Shown here piece after piece: positions 16,736 through 25,327 of a stretch of DNA of 32,000 nucleotides. The notes under the pieces are model-generated. The model had not been told where the DNA came from and ran no database searches. It was given only the letters and a program-made list of their open reading frames with translations. Positions within the stretch are counted from its first letter, which is position 1; each line of letters begins with the position of its first letter. Both the position numbers and the translations under genes were made by a program. Source of the DNA: Candidatus Kuenenia stuttgartensis (GTDB taxonomy: Bacteria; Planctomycetota; Brocadiia; Brocadiales; Brocadiaceae); the NCBI RefSeq assembly GCF_900232105.1, contig NZ_LT934425.1, positions 2,730,001-2,762,000 of the forward strand, in the 5' to 3' direction.

Positions 16736-16802
16736 CACGGAAGAGGGAAAGAACATTCCGTGATTTCGGTGCTTTCCGTGGTTAAAAATAAGGAGTTAAA
16801 CA

Positions 16803-18410
16803 ATGAATGATACAATGCAAAAACAATTAGGTGCAACCCTCTGGAAGATTGCCGACCAACTCCGCGGCGCTATGAATGCCGATGACTTCCGCGATTATAT
16901 GCTCTCTTTCCTGTTTTTACGCTACCTTTCAGACAACTATGAAGTTGCATAAAAAAAAGAGCTTGGAAAAGATTACCCGAAGCTGAAAGAAGACGACAAA
17001 AGAACGCCCCTCTCAGTCTGGTATAAAGAAAACAAGGATGATACGGCTGTATTTGAAAAGCAGATGCGCCGTAAAATCCACTATGTAATCAAGCCCGACT
17101 ATCTCTGGCGCAGTATATACGAGCTGGCAAGAACCCAAAGCGATGACCTCCTTAAAATCTTGCAAGCCGGGTTTAAGCATGTTGAAAATGACTCCTTTGA
17201 GAGTACATTTCAGGGCTTATTTTCTGAAATCAACCTGGACTTTGAAAAACTTGGCAAAAACTATTCTTTCCGTAACGCAAAACTCTGTACGATTGTAACC
17301 AAAATCGCTGAAGGGCTTTCCGGGTTTTCTACCGAGAGTGATATTCTAGGCGATGCTTATGAATACTTAATCGGTCAATTTGCTTCCGGTTCAGGGAAAA
17401 AAGCCGGAGAGTTTTATACACCACAGCAAATTTCAACCATACTGTCCCGAATTGTTACATTGGATAGTCAAAATCCGAGTTCCGGTAAAAAGAAAAAACT
17501 TAAAAAAGTCCTCGATTTCACCTGTGGTTCAGGTTCACTTCTTTTAAATGTAAGGAAACAACTTGGTCCCAATAGTATCGGGCAGATATATGGGCAGGAA
17601 AAAAACATTACCACTTATAACCTTGCAAGAATGAATATGCTGCTCCATGGGTTAAAGGATTCTGAGTTTCAAATTCATCATGGAGATTCACTTCTCAACG
17701 ACTGGGACATATTAAATGAAATGAACCCAGCTAAAAAGCTTGAAAGTGATGCTGTGGTTGCCAATCCTCCTTTCAGTTATCGTTGGGAACCAAACGAGGC
17801 TTTAGCCGACGATTTCAGGTTTAAAAGTTATGGCCTTGCACCTAAATCCGCAGCAGACTTCGCCTTTTTGCTTTATGGTTTTCATTTTTTAAGCGATGAA
17901 GGAACCATGACAATTATTCTGCCTCATGGTGTTCTTTTTCGCGGAGGCGTTGAAGAACGAATCCGCACAAAATTACTCAAAGATGGAAATATTGATACAG
18001 TCATAGGCTTACCGGCTAATCTTTTCTTCTCAACGGGTATTCCGGTATGTATCCTCGTACTGAAAAAATGCAAAAAGTTTGACGATGTTTTATTCGTCAA
18101 TGCCAGTGAATACTTTGAAAAAGGTAAACGGCAGAATTTTCTTTCAGAAGAACACATCGATAAAATCATAGATACATATCAATACCGAAAAGAAGAAGAG
18201 CGGTATTCCCGATGCGTTTCGATGGAAGAAATAAAGAAGAACGAATACAATCTGAACATTTCGCGGTATGTGAGTACGGCAGAACAGGAAGAAGCTATTG
18301 ATATCAAAAAAGTCAATAAAGACTTAGCTGAAATTGAGAAGACGATAACCAAGGCAAAGAAAACGCATAATCAGTTTCTTAAAGAACTTGGCTTAGCAGA
18401 GTTACCATGA
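16803..18410 (+). pseudogene. hsdM: Type I R-M N6-adenine DNA methyltransferase subunit with an in-frame TAA
   Basis: ATG 16803 follows SD AAGGAG. The HsdM N-terminal pattern is MNDTMQKQLGATLWKIADQLRGAMNADDFRDYMLSFLFLRYLSDNYEVA, then TAA at 16950-16952, and the same frame continues KKELGKDYP.... The longest intact ORF, 17064-18410, carries motif I DFTCGSGSLLL and motif IV VVANPPFS. Confidence 0.85.
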
Positions 18411-18555
18411 ATATAGATGTTATTCACATTGTTAAACTAAATGAAACAAATAGGGACGACTACCTTTTATTTCCCGCAAAAATAGTAGCTGCCCCTATTA
18501 GCTTAAGTGAATAAGCAATGAAATATAAGGTCTTTGTCAGGCCTAAGGAGGATTG

Positions 18556-18798
18556 GGGTCACCTTGACCAGTGATTATAAGTCGGCGGGTACGAGAGTAG
18601 CTACTATGAAATAAAAGGAAGCATTCCCGATTTTTTGTAACTTCAGCTTATTTTTGGTGGACGGAGTATTAACCCTGACAGGGTTTTGGAACCCTGTCAG
18701 GGTTGTCTTGAAGCATAATACAATATTGAACTACAAAAAATCGGGAATGCTCCCCAATAAACAATGGTAAAAGGTAAAATCACTAATCAAGGTGTGAC
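18556..18798. mobile_element. MITE-like element (family A), second copy, with a different nested element (family B)
   Basis: TIRs CACCTTGACCAGTGATT (18560-18576) and AATCACTAATCAAGGTGTGAC (18778-18798). Ends are near-identical to 2105-2520 and in the same orientation. Inner IRs GCATTCCCGATTTTTTGTA (18621-18639) and TACAAAAAATCGGGAATGC (18732-18750) surround the double palindrome AACCCTGACAGGGTT/AACCCTGTCAGGGTT (18671-18704). Confidence 0.7.
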
Positions 18799-18839
18799 TC
18801 TATTTTTCCCTTAAAAACTAAAATTGTTACGGTTTTGTT

Positions 18840-18927
18840 CCTTGGGATTTTGTATTTTGGAATTTGTTTCATGCTTCTTATTTCGTATTTCGTGCTTGTT
18901 TGGTGCTGGCTATGCCAGCTTAGGCGC
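18840..18927 (-). repeat. Inverted copy of the ~85-nt repeat seen at 16551-16633
   Basis: The reverse complement reads GCGCCTAAGCTGGCATAGCCAGCACCAAACAAGCACGAAATACGAAATAAGAAGCATGAAACAAATTCCAAAATACAAAATCCCAAGG. This is colinear with 16554-16633. Hairpin CTGGC-TAT-GCCAG at 18906-18918. Confidence 0.65.
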
Positions 18928-18984
18928 TAAGTAAGCACAGGCATTGTTAATTTTGTAGTAATTGTATGGAAATTTCAAAGTTGC

Positions 18985-20853
18985 CTAATTTGCCCTTTGA
19001 TTTATCAGGAAAACACTCCCTTTAACGGCTTTGGCCTTCTTTTTCATTTCAGCCGCAACCGTGCTTATTTCAAGAAGTGATTGAAATCGCGAGTTCTCTT
19101 TTGATTCAACAACTGCGAGCGATACGGACATCAACGGGAACCTGCATTTTAGATTATTCCTGTCCAGGGTTTCGATGCAGCCGTTTTTCACGTCAATCTC
19201 TGCGTACAGCTTGGGTACCATGGCGTCAAATTCACGGATAAATCTGGCGCACAAGTCTTGTGCTTCCTCCGTGTGAATAATAGCGATAAAATCGTCTCCT
19301 CCAATGTGTCCAACATAGCCGATTCTTGAAACGCTAAATATCTCCATAATCAAATATGCCGTTTTTTTGAGTACTTCGTCACCCTTGCAAAATCCATAAT
19401 AGTCGTTATAGGCCTTAAAAAAATCCAGGTCAAAATACACACAGGCAAAATCCTGACCGGCTCTTATCTGTTTTTCAACAAATACCTTTATGGAATCGTT
19501 TCCAGGGAGCCCCGTCAGCGGGTTGGCCTGGCTTGCATGTTTTATTTTTAAGGTGGTCATCTTCTCAAGTAGGGCATGAACCGTGGAGACGCCATAATAT
19601 TTATTGTTATTGGTAATAATAAATATATCGTATAGCATGGAAAAATCTCTAGAGAGCACCTGTTTTGCAACTGAATCAATATCCTCGCTTACATCAACGG
19701 TTAAGAACGTTGTTCCCATTAAGTATGAAACAGGACGTTTATAAAAAAGATCATAGCCGAACTTTTTACTCAACTGAGAGAAAAGGTTGGTTTTCATGAC
19801 AAGCCCCGCTGGAATTCCATTATTCACAATTGGTATGCCAAGCATTTCTGGGTTCTGATTAAATGTTTCTACCAATTTTCCAATCTGCGTGTCGCAATGA
19901 AAGGCAGGTACATTCAAAGACGCTATGTTTTCAATTCTCGATTCATCAGAAAAGACTTCTCCGCCATTGGCATGCTGCTGTAAAATGATTTTGTTTTTAA
20001 CGTAGCCTGAAACTAGTTGTAGTGTTGATGATGGTTTGCCGAAAAGGTAGCCTTGTCCCCAATCAATCCCAAGCATTTTTACGGTGGTAAATTCTTCAAA
20101 CGTCTCTATGCCTTCCGCTACAATTTTTGAATTCAAGACTCTGTGGCACATATCTACCAGCATTTTTACAATGGCCTGCTTTTTAAATGATTTATCTATG
20201 TTTTCAACAAGAAATTTATCAATTTTCACTTTCTGTGGATTTATTTCCGATATCAGCCGCAGGCCAGCACTTCCAGACCCAAGGTCGTCTATAGCTATTG
20301 AAAACCCTTGCGATTGATAGTGTGATAACGCCTGGTGGAAAATCTGAGAGTCATTTATGAACGTCCTTTCCGTAATCTCAAGTACAACGTTGTCCATTTC
20401 AAACTCAAATTCCTCAATTAATGTCTTTGTCTTTCCTTTATCATGTTTTGAATAGGTTATACATGCCGCGTCTATGTTGATAAATAATTTAATTGGCTTT
20501 GTATTCATGCCCAATATTTTAGCGTTCATAATAGCCTTTTCCCTGCACAGCATGTCCAGGTCTTCCAACATCTCAAGTTTTTCGGCTACTTCGAACAGGA
20601 ATATTGGATTTTCGAACATACTTGCTTCCGGACCTCTGCTTAATGCCTCATACGCAACGACGTTTCCCGTGGCAAGGCAAACAATGGGTTGAAATTTGGT
20701 GAAAATCAGCCCCTTCTCAATAATGTTTATGAATTCTTCTTCCAATTCTTTGCTGATACCTGATTTTTTATTTGTTTCGGAAATGAAAGCGATTGCGGCT
20801 GTCATAGCGCATACCCCCATTTTTATGAACGGCACGTTCTCGTTTCGCACCAA
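18985..20853 (-). CDS. c-di-GMP signalling protein with EAL - CBS-like - GGDEF domain order
   Basis: 622 aa. EAL motifs: FQPIV...YEALSRG, INIDA, LEITER, IDDLGSG, KIDK, AEGIET, GQGYLFGKP. The C-terminal GGDEF domain reads NPLTGLPGN...YFDLDFFKAYNDYYGFCKGDEVL...GHIGGDDFIAI, with signature GGDDF. The start is uncertain: TTG at 20853, or ATG at 20820 or 20805. Confidence 0.88.
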   Translation of the reverse strand: MVRNENVPFIKMGVCAMTAAIAFISETNKKSGISKELEEEFINIIEKGLIFTKFQPIVCLATGNVVAYEALSRGPEASMFENPIFLFEVAEKLEMLEDLDMLCREKAIMNAKILGMNTKPIKLFINIDAACITYSKHDKGKTKTLIEEFEFEMDNVVLEITERTFINDSQIFHQALSHYQSQGFSIAIDDLGSGSAGLRLISEINPQKVKIDKFLVENIDKSFKKQAIVKMLVDMCHRVLNSKIVAEGIETFEEFTTVKMLGIDWGQGYLFGKPSSTLQLVSGYVKNKIILQQHANGGEVFSDESRIENIASLNVPAFHCDTQIGKLVETFNQNPEMLGIPIVNNGIPAGLVMKTNLFSQLSKKFGYDLFYKRPVSYLMGTTFLTVDVSEDIDSVAKQVLSRDFSMLYDIFIITNNNKYYGVSTVHALLEKMTTLKIKHASQANPLTGLPGNDSIKVFVEKQIRAGQDFACVYFDLDFFKAYNDYYGFCKGDEVLKKTAYLIMEIFSVSRIGYVGHIGGDDFIAIIHTEEAQDLCARFIREFDAMVPKLYAEIDVKNGCIETLDRNNLKCRFPLMSVSLAVVESKENSRFQSLLEISTVAAEMKKKAKAVKGSVFLINQRAN

Positions 20854-21040
20854 ACTTTAGAAATACGCCTAAAACATCTATTTTTCAAAATATTTAATAC
20901 GGTTTTACAGTGAAACGGCTCAACATCATAACAGCACGGACAAACTGGGTTTGTCAGTGCTGCCCTTACAATGAATTTTATTGTTCATCTTTAAAGAATC
21001 TAATTTGTTTGACTATTTATTCCTACGTTAAAAGACACAC

Positions 21041-21316
21041 TTACCGCTGAGACATAGGGTAAGTTTTTTTAAACCTCCCAATCGCCCTAACGTATCTCCT
21101 CCCGTTCGTTAATGCATCGTTATAATCATACCTTTTAAGACAGGGCACACATTCGATGTAATTGTCATGTTGCCGCAGATTAGGCAGGGCAAAGCTTGAG
21201 TCAATGCATCGCCCCAATTCTGGCGATTGTCTGACGATCTGAAAGTTGCTCGTAAAGATTTTAAAATCCTTGTCATTCCCGCATTCAGGACAAATAAAAA
21301 ACGTGTTCATTTTCAT
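21041..21316 (-). CDS. Small zinc-ribbon-like hypothetical protein
   Basis: 91-aa ORF with CPECG near the N-terminus and CVPC later, giving a possible four-Cys metal site. No family recognised. Confidence 0.5.
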   Translation of the reverse strand: MKMNTFFICPECGNDKDFKIFTSNFQIVRQSPELGRCIDSSFALPNLRQHDNYIECVPCLKRYDYNDALTNGRRYVRAIGRFKKTYPMSQR

Positions 21317-21508
21317 AATAGTAGCTCCTTTCCATAAATATAAAATTAAACTCTCTAAACCCTTACATTACAAATCATACCTTCGGCAAATTTCTTTTGC
21401 ACAACTTGTACGACTGTGTGACCGGCTTGAAATTCCTATACTATTAAACAACTCTTATGTAAAGGCAGTATAAAGAACATGTTAATTTTATGTTAAGGTT
21501 GCTATGGG

Positions 21509-21949
21509 TCAGGGGTGTTTTATACCTGGAGAATATTTAACGGAAAATACCCTCATAACGCACAATACTAAGACGAGGACGGCTATCGTACCCAGTTTGT
21601 ACAGATCGAATTCCTTAAACCAACACGCCATGATTTCCGTAAGCATTACAACAATGACCGTGTCTATAATATAGGTCACCTTTATGCGGCCTTCGGAAAA
21701 ATACGCCATAGTGGTTTTAAATATCTCCAGTAGGGCAAGGATGGTGAGGGCGTCTATGATAATAACCCGCAGGGCGTGTTCTATGTCCAGGCTAAAGAGG
21801 AGCCGCAAATGAAACATCGTAATGACAACGCCGCCCAACATACCGGAAAGGATGACCAGGATGAGGATGCTGAGTATCCATTTTGCCAGCTTTTCATAAA
21901 ATATCGAAGAATCAAATTCCAGCCATTTTCGCGGTAAATTAGTTTTCAT
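21509..21949 (-). CDS. Integral membrane protein, PsiE-like (phosphate-starvation-inducible E family resemblance)
   Basis: 146 aa with four hydrophobic segments. The central pattern ALTILALLEIFKTTMAYFSEGRIKVTYIIDTVIVVMLTEI resembles PsiE-family proteins. This is recognition by eye only. Confidence 0.5.
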   Translation of the reverse strand: MKTNLPRKWLEFDSSIFYEKLAKWILSILILVILSGMLGGVVITMFHLRLLFSLDIEHALRVIIIDALTILALLEIFKTTMAYFSEGRIKVTYIIDTVIVVMLTEIMACWFKEFDLYKLGTIAVLVLVLCVMRVFSVKYSPGIKHP

Positions 21950-21961
21950 ATTCTCTAATTT

Positions 21962-22125
21962 CAGAATAGTTTCTACCTGCTAAATGTAAGACAGGTACAG
22001 AGGTTACACTAAAGTAGGGGCGAAGCATTTGCCCGTTTTGGGTATGAATGCATTTATGACAATTTACAGCAGATGCTTCGCCCCTACACTCAAGAATGAT
22101 ATTTTAAGACGAAACTATTTGTATA
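21962..22125. repeat. Nested palindromic intergenic element
   Basis: Outer IR AATAGTTTC (21965-21973) / GAAACTATT (22113-22121). Inner 15-bp IR GTAGGGGCGAAGCAT (22014-22028) / ATGCTTCGCCCCTAC (22073-22087), separated by 44 nt. A half-site relative, ATGCTCCACCCCTACAC, lies inside the 2105-2520 element. Confidence 0.6.
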
Positions 22126-22152
22126 AGATTTCGCCGTGCTTTTGTATCAAAA

Positions 22153-23565
22153 CTATCGTGGTTTGGCAATACGCTCCACCTGTTCCATGTACTTAAGAAC
22201 GTCGTCTCGTGGTTTAAGTTGCTGCGCCTTGCGGAGCAGTGGCAGGGCTTCGTCATACTTACCCATTCCTACAAGTAACTGTGCATGGCGCACCCTGGCA
22301 TCCGCCTCATATTTTTCTATATTGGCCGCCCTTTCGTAATAAAACACTGCCCTTTCAGTGTCTCCGTTACGGTTGCTATGTTGTCCAAGCAAAATCAGCG
22401 CCTCGCCATCCAGCGGGTCAAGTCCGACAATCTCCTCCAGCACGCGCGCCTCCTCGCCGCCGGAACCTTCAGCAACGGCCAGCCTTGCACGAAGTTTAAG
22501 CAGGTCTTTATTATCTTCAGTGCTGAGCTGTCCGCCATGCAAGGCCTTTATACTATCAAGCAGTTTCCTTGTTTCTTTAATCTCTCCACGAGCAGTCAAC
22601 GCTTTGGCGGCACGAATGGCGCACTCAATCTTATACTGTGTACCTTTTCCCATAGCACGAATATAAGCATCTACCGCCATTTCGTATAACCCCTCATTGA
22701 TATAAACGTCACCCAGCATGTTGAGGCTATCTATGGTAGATTTGCCAATGCGATCGACAAGTTCATAATTTTCAGCAGCCTTAAGCGGCTGGTTAAGCCC
22801 GATATAGGCATTTGCCTGCAGCAACCAGAAATCTGCACGGTCGGGATTGCCGGAAATCAGACTATCACAAAGCGAAACAGCCTCTGCATATCTTTCCTGT
22901 TTAAAAAGGCTGCGAGCCAGCCCCATTTTCCAGTCAATAGTGGCAGGGTCAAGCAAAACGGCCATGCGAAAAGACGATTCGGCAGAAAGGTGATTTTCCA
23001 CAGATGAATATGCAAAGCCCAGCAGCCCGTATGTTAATGAATCGCTTCCGCCGAGTTCAATCACACGGGTAAGCGCAGGCAGTGCTTTTTCGAACTCGCT
23101 CATGCGCACATATATAAGGCCTAGATTGCGCCATGCACGGCGAAATTTCGGATATTTTTCCACGGCAATCTGATATATCCCTGCAGCCTGGTCAATCTTT
23201 TCCTGTTGAAATAGTATGTTAGCAAGCATAAAGTCATAAAGTGCATTCGCCTTGTCACCACGGCTCTTTTCCAGCAGGCCGGCAGCCTTGTCCATTTCAC
23301 CGGAAGACATAAACCCAAGCACCTTCTGCATCCTGTCGCGTTCCTCCATAGTCACGCGCGGCTCAATTTCAGTCTCTGCCATATAGCTTTCGGCAAACCG
23401 TTTTTGGAACGACAAATCGTTCCAGATTTTCAGTTCTGATTGACTTAATCCCGAAGCACAGGCCTGCCGTTCTTCAGGGACGGTTATCCATGAAATCAAA
23501 TAAAATATACCGGCGATGATAAAGATAAGCATACTATTTGTAATCTGCAAAAATAATCTTTTCAT
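22153..23565 (-). CDS. TPR-repeat protein at the end of the Ton cluster (TtpD-like position)
   Basis: 470 aa. N-terminal TM helix (MLIFIIAGIFYLISWI) followed by many 34-aa TPR-like repeats such as A...Y..A....P....AW..LG..Y. It follows tonB directly with a 5-nt gap. Confidence 0.8.
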   Translation of the reverse strand: MKRLFLQITNSMLIFIIAGIFYLISWITVPEERQACASGLSQSELKIWNDLSFQKRFAESYMAETEIEPRVTMEERDRMQKVLGFMSSGEMDKAAGLLEKSRGDKANALYDFMLANILFQQEKIDQAAGIYQIAVEKYPKFRRAWRNLGLIYVRMSEFEKALPALTRVIELGGSDSLTYGLLGFAYSSVENHLSAESSFRMAVLLDPATIDWKMGLARSLFKQERYAEAVSLCDSLISGNPDRADFWLLQANAYIGLNQPLKAAENYELVDRIGKSTIDSLNMLGDVYINEGLYEMAVDAYIRAMGKGTQYKIECAIRAAKALTARGEIKETRKLLDSIKALHGGQLSTEDNKDLLKLRARLAVAEGSGGEEARVLEEIVGLDPLDGEALILLGQHSNRNGDTERAVFYYERAANIEKYEADARVRHAQLLVGMGKYDEALPLLRKAQQLKPRDDVLKYMEQVERIAKPR

Positions 23566-23570
23566 AATTA

Positions 23571-24257
23571 CTATCCTTTCGGGAAACTGATGGGAACACG
23601 CATGCGAAACCGGACAGCCTTTCCGTTCCGTTTGCCAGGTTCAAATTTCCATTGCTTTACCGCTGCAAGCGCTGGCTTTTCAAATACAGAATCAGTAGAA
23701 CGCTGCACCATGGGGTCTTCAACACGTCCGTTCTGATTAACAATAAAAAGTATGTAGACCGTTCCCGGCGCCTTTTTTCTTACCTGTTTGTCAATGACAG
23801 GCCCCGGCTGATAGACAACACGCGGCTTCTGGTCAAGATCCGCCATTGAAAACAACGCGTCAAGATTATCGTCCCCTGCGCCTGCGGCAACGGTATTTAG
23901 TTTTACGGCAAAGTCACCGGACAGCCAGCCTTCGTTTAAACCCGGATTAAGGGCCAATTCAAGCTGCGACAGGTCTAGCGGTGGTGATTCGTCCATAAGT
24001 TCGGGCGGAGGTTCTTCAGGTTCCGGCTCTTTTTCCGGTTCTTCTTCCGGAGGTGGCGGGGGTGGAGGCACATAAGCCGTATCTATATCCCGCACCGCCA
24101 TATCAGCCCGGGGAGGTTTGCTTATCGTCTGCATTAGCGGCAATATTAGAAAAAAGAGAAACGTCAACCCCGCTGCGGCAGAAACAACCCTTATGTAATG
24201 AGATATATGGCCCGAAGTAGAACTCGTTTTATAATCTTTCACTCTATTTATGCTCAA
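23571..24257 (-). CDS. tonB: TonB-family energy transducer
   Basis: 228 aa. N-terminal TM anchor, Pro/Glu-rich spacer PPPPPPPEEEPEKEPEPEEPPPE, and a C-terminal TonB_C-like segment VYILFIVNQNGRVEDPMVQRSTDSVFEKPALAAVKQWKFEPGKRNGKAV. The start overlaps the exbD stop. Confidence 0.9.
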   Translation of the reverse strand: MSINRVKDYKTSSTSGHISHYIRVVSAAAGLTFLFFLILPLMQTISKPPRADMAVRDIDTAYVPPPPPPPEEEPEKEPEPEEPPPELMDESPPLDLSQLELALNPGLNEGWLSGDFAVKLNTVAAGAGDDNLDALFSMADLDQKPRVVYQPGPVIDKQVRKKAPGTVYILFIVNQNGRVEDPMVQRSTDSVFEKPALAAVKQWKFEPGKRNGKAVRFRMRVPISFPKG

Positions 24258-24667
24258 CTTTTAGACTGACGGGAAGCAATACTTACCTTGACGGCGCCCG
24301 CCAGCTTGGCTTCGTCAATGATACGTACCAGCAGTCCGGACTGCGCTGCGGTATCAGCCTGAATTATTACCGGAACCTCTTCCTTCTGAAGCATGCGTTT
24401 CACCAGCGGCTGTACTCCGCTGACGCCGATTTCCCTACCGCCGTAAACTACCTCTCCCTTATCTGTCAGCGCTATCAGTATGCTTGTTTTTTCCAGCCTG
24501 ACAGAGGATGCAGCCTGAGGCTTATCAACCTCAACCCCTGTCTCTTCAACAAAGGTTGTTGTGACGATAAAGAAGATAAGCAGGATAAAAACACAATCAA
24601 TCAGCGGCGACATATCTATCCCTGTATCACTGTTGTCCTCCGCCGCTAAATCACGTAAACGTCCCAT
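24254..24667 (-). CDS. exbD: ExbD/TolR-family biopolymer transport protein
   Basis: 137 aa. The IDMSPLIDCVFILLIFFIVTT single-TM signature is typical of ExbD/TolR. Confidence 0.9.
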   Translation of the reverse strand: MGRLRDLAAEDNSDTGIDMSPLIDCVFILLIFFIVTTTFVEETGVEVDKPQAASSVRLEKTSILIALTDKGEVVYGGREIGVSGVQPLVKRMLQKEEVPVIIQADTAAQSGLLVRIIDEAKLAGAVKVSIASRQSKS

Positions 24668-24681
24668 AAAGTTCCTTCCTG

Positions 24682-25311
24682 TTAAAATGGTTTCGCAAGT
24701 TTTTTATAAAGTTTCTGTGTAAAAATTGTTTCCAGATGGGCAAGGAAGCTTTTGTACCTTTCGTATTGACGCGACAGGTGATACTGAAAAAAAAGGCCTG
24801 GCAGCGCCAACACCAATCCGGTTTCAGTCGTAATCAATGCCTCCGAAATCCCTTGTGCAACAAGCCCCATAGTTTTTTCACCGCCTGACCCTGTAGCAAG
24901 GGCGCTAAATGTCGTAAGCATACCGGTTACCGTCCCAAGAAGACCTAAAAGCGGTGATACGCCTATACATATTCTCATAACGAGCAAATCCCTTCCTAAC
25001 GGGGCAATCTCCGTTGTATGGAGTTCCTGAAACAGAACGATCGCATGTTTTATCGAATTGCCGCCTGCAACAAAATCGAGCAGCGCTCCGATATGCCCTT
25101 TTCTTTCTTCAGGATGATTTATCCAGCGGCTCCATATCTTTTCAGGAACGCGGCGAAAGCCCTTTTCGTTCAGTTTAAAGTGCATATGCGCTCCAAGTCC
25201 AAACAGTACCAGGGCGTTTGCCGCAAGGGCAATCATGCTCCATCCTCCGGAAAGCCATAAGGATAATGCCTGTTCCCATAGGGTTTTTAAATGTTCGGTC
25301 AGTACATTCAT
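24682..25311 (-). CDS. exbB: ExbB/TolQ/MotA-family proton channel subunit
   Basis: Signature LLGLLGTVTGMLTTF...GISEALITTETGLVLALP. I prefer ATG 25311 (AAAGG 9 nt upstream, 209 aa) to the track's GTG 25338, which lies inside the upstream gene. Confidence 0.88.
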   Translation of the reverse strand: MNVLTEHLKTLWEQALSLWLSGGWSMIALAANALVLFGLGAHMHFKLNEKGFRRVPEKIWSRWINHPEERKGHIGALLDFVAGGNSIKHAIVLFQELHTTEIAPLGRDLLVMRICIGVSPLLGLLGTVTGMLTTFSALATGSGGEKTMGLVAQGISEALITTETGLVLALPGLFFQYHLSRQYERYKSFLAHLETIFTQKLYKKLAKPF

Positions 25312-25327
25312 TGTATATACCTTTTTA

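Noticed and set aside
20932-20962. Hairpin CAGCACGGACAAAC-TGG-GTTTGTCAGTGCTG as the intrinsic terminator of the zinc-ribbon gene
   Set aside because: It has a good stem (13/14) but no U-tract on either strand, so I could not support a terminator call.
22239-22689. Three overlapping plus-strand ORFs (86, 134 and 102 aa)
   Set aside because: They are antisense shadows inside the TPR gene, with Pro/Ser/Arg-rich low-complexity translations typical of the wrong strand.
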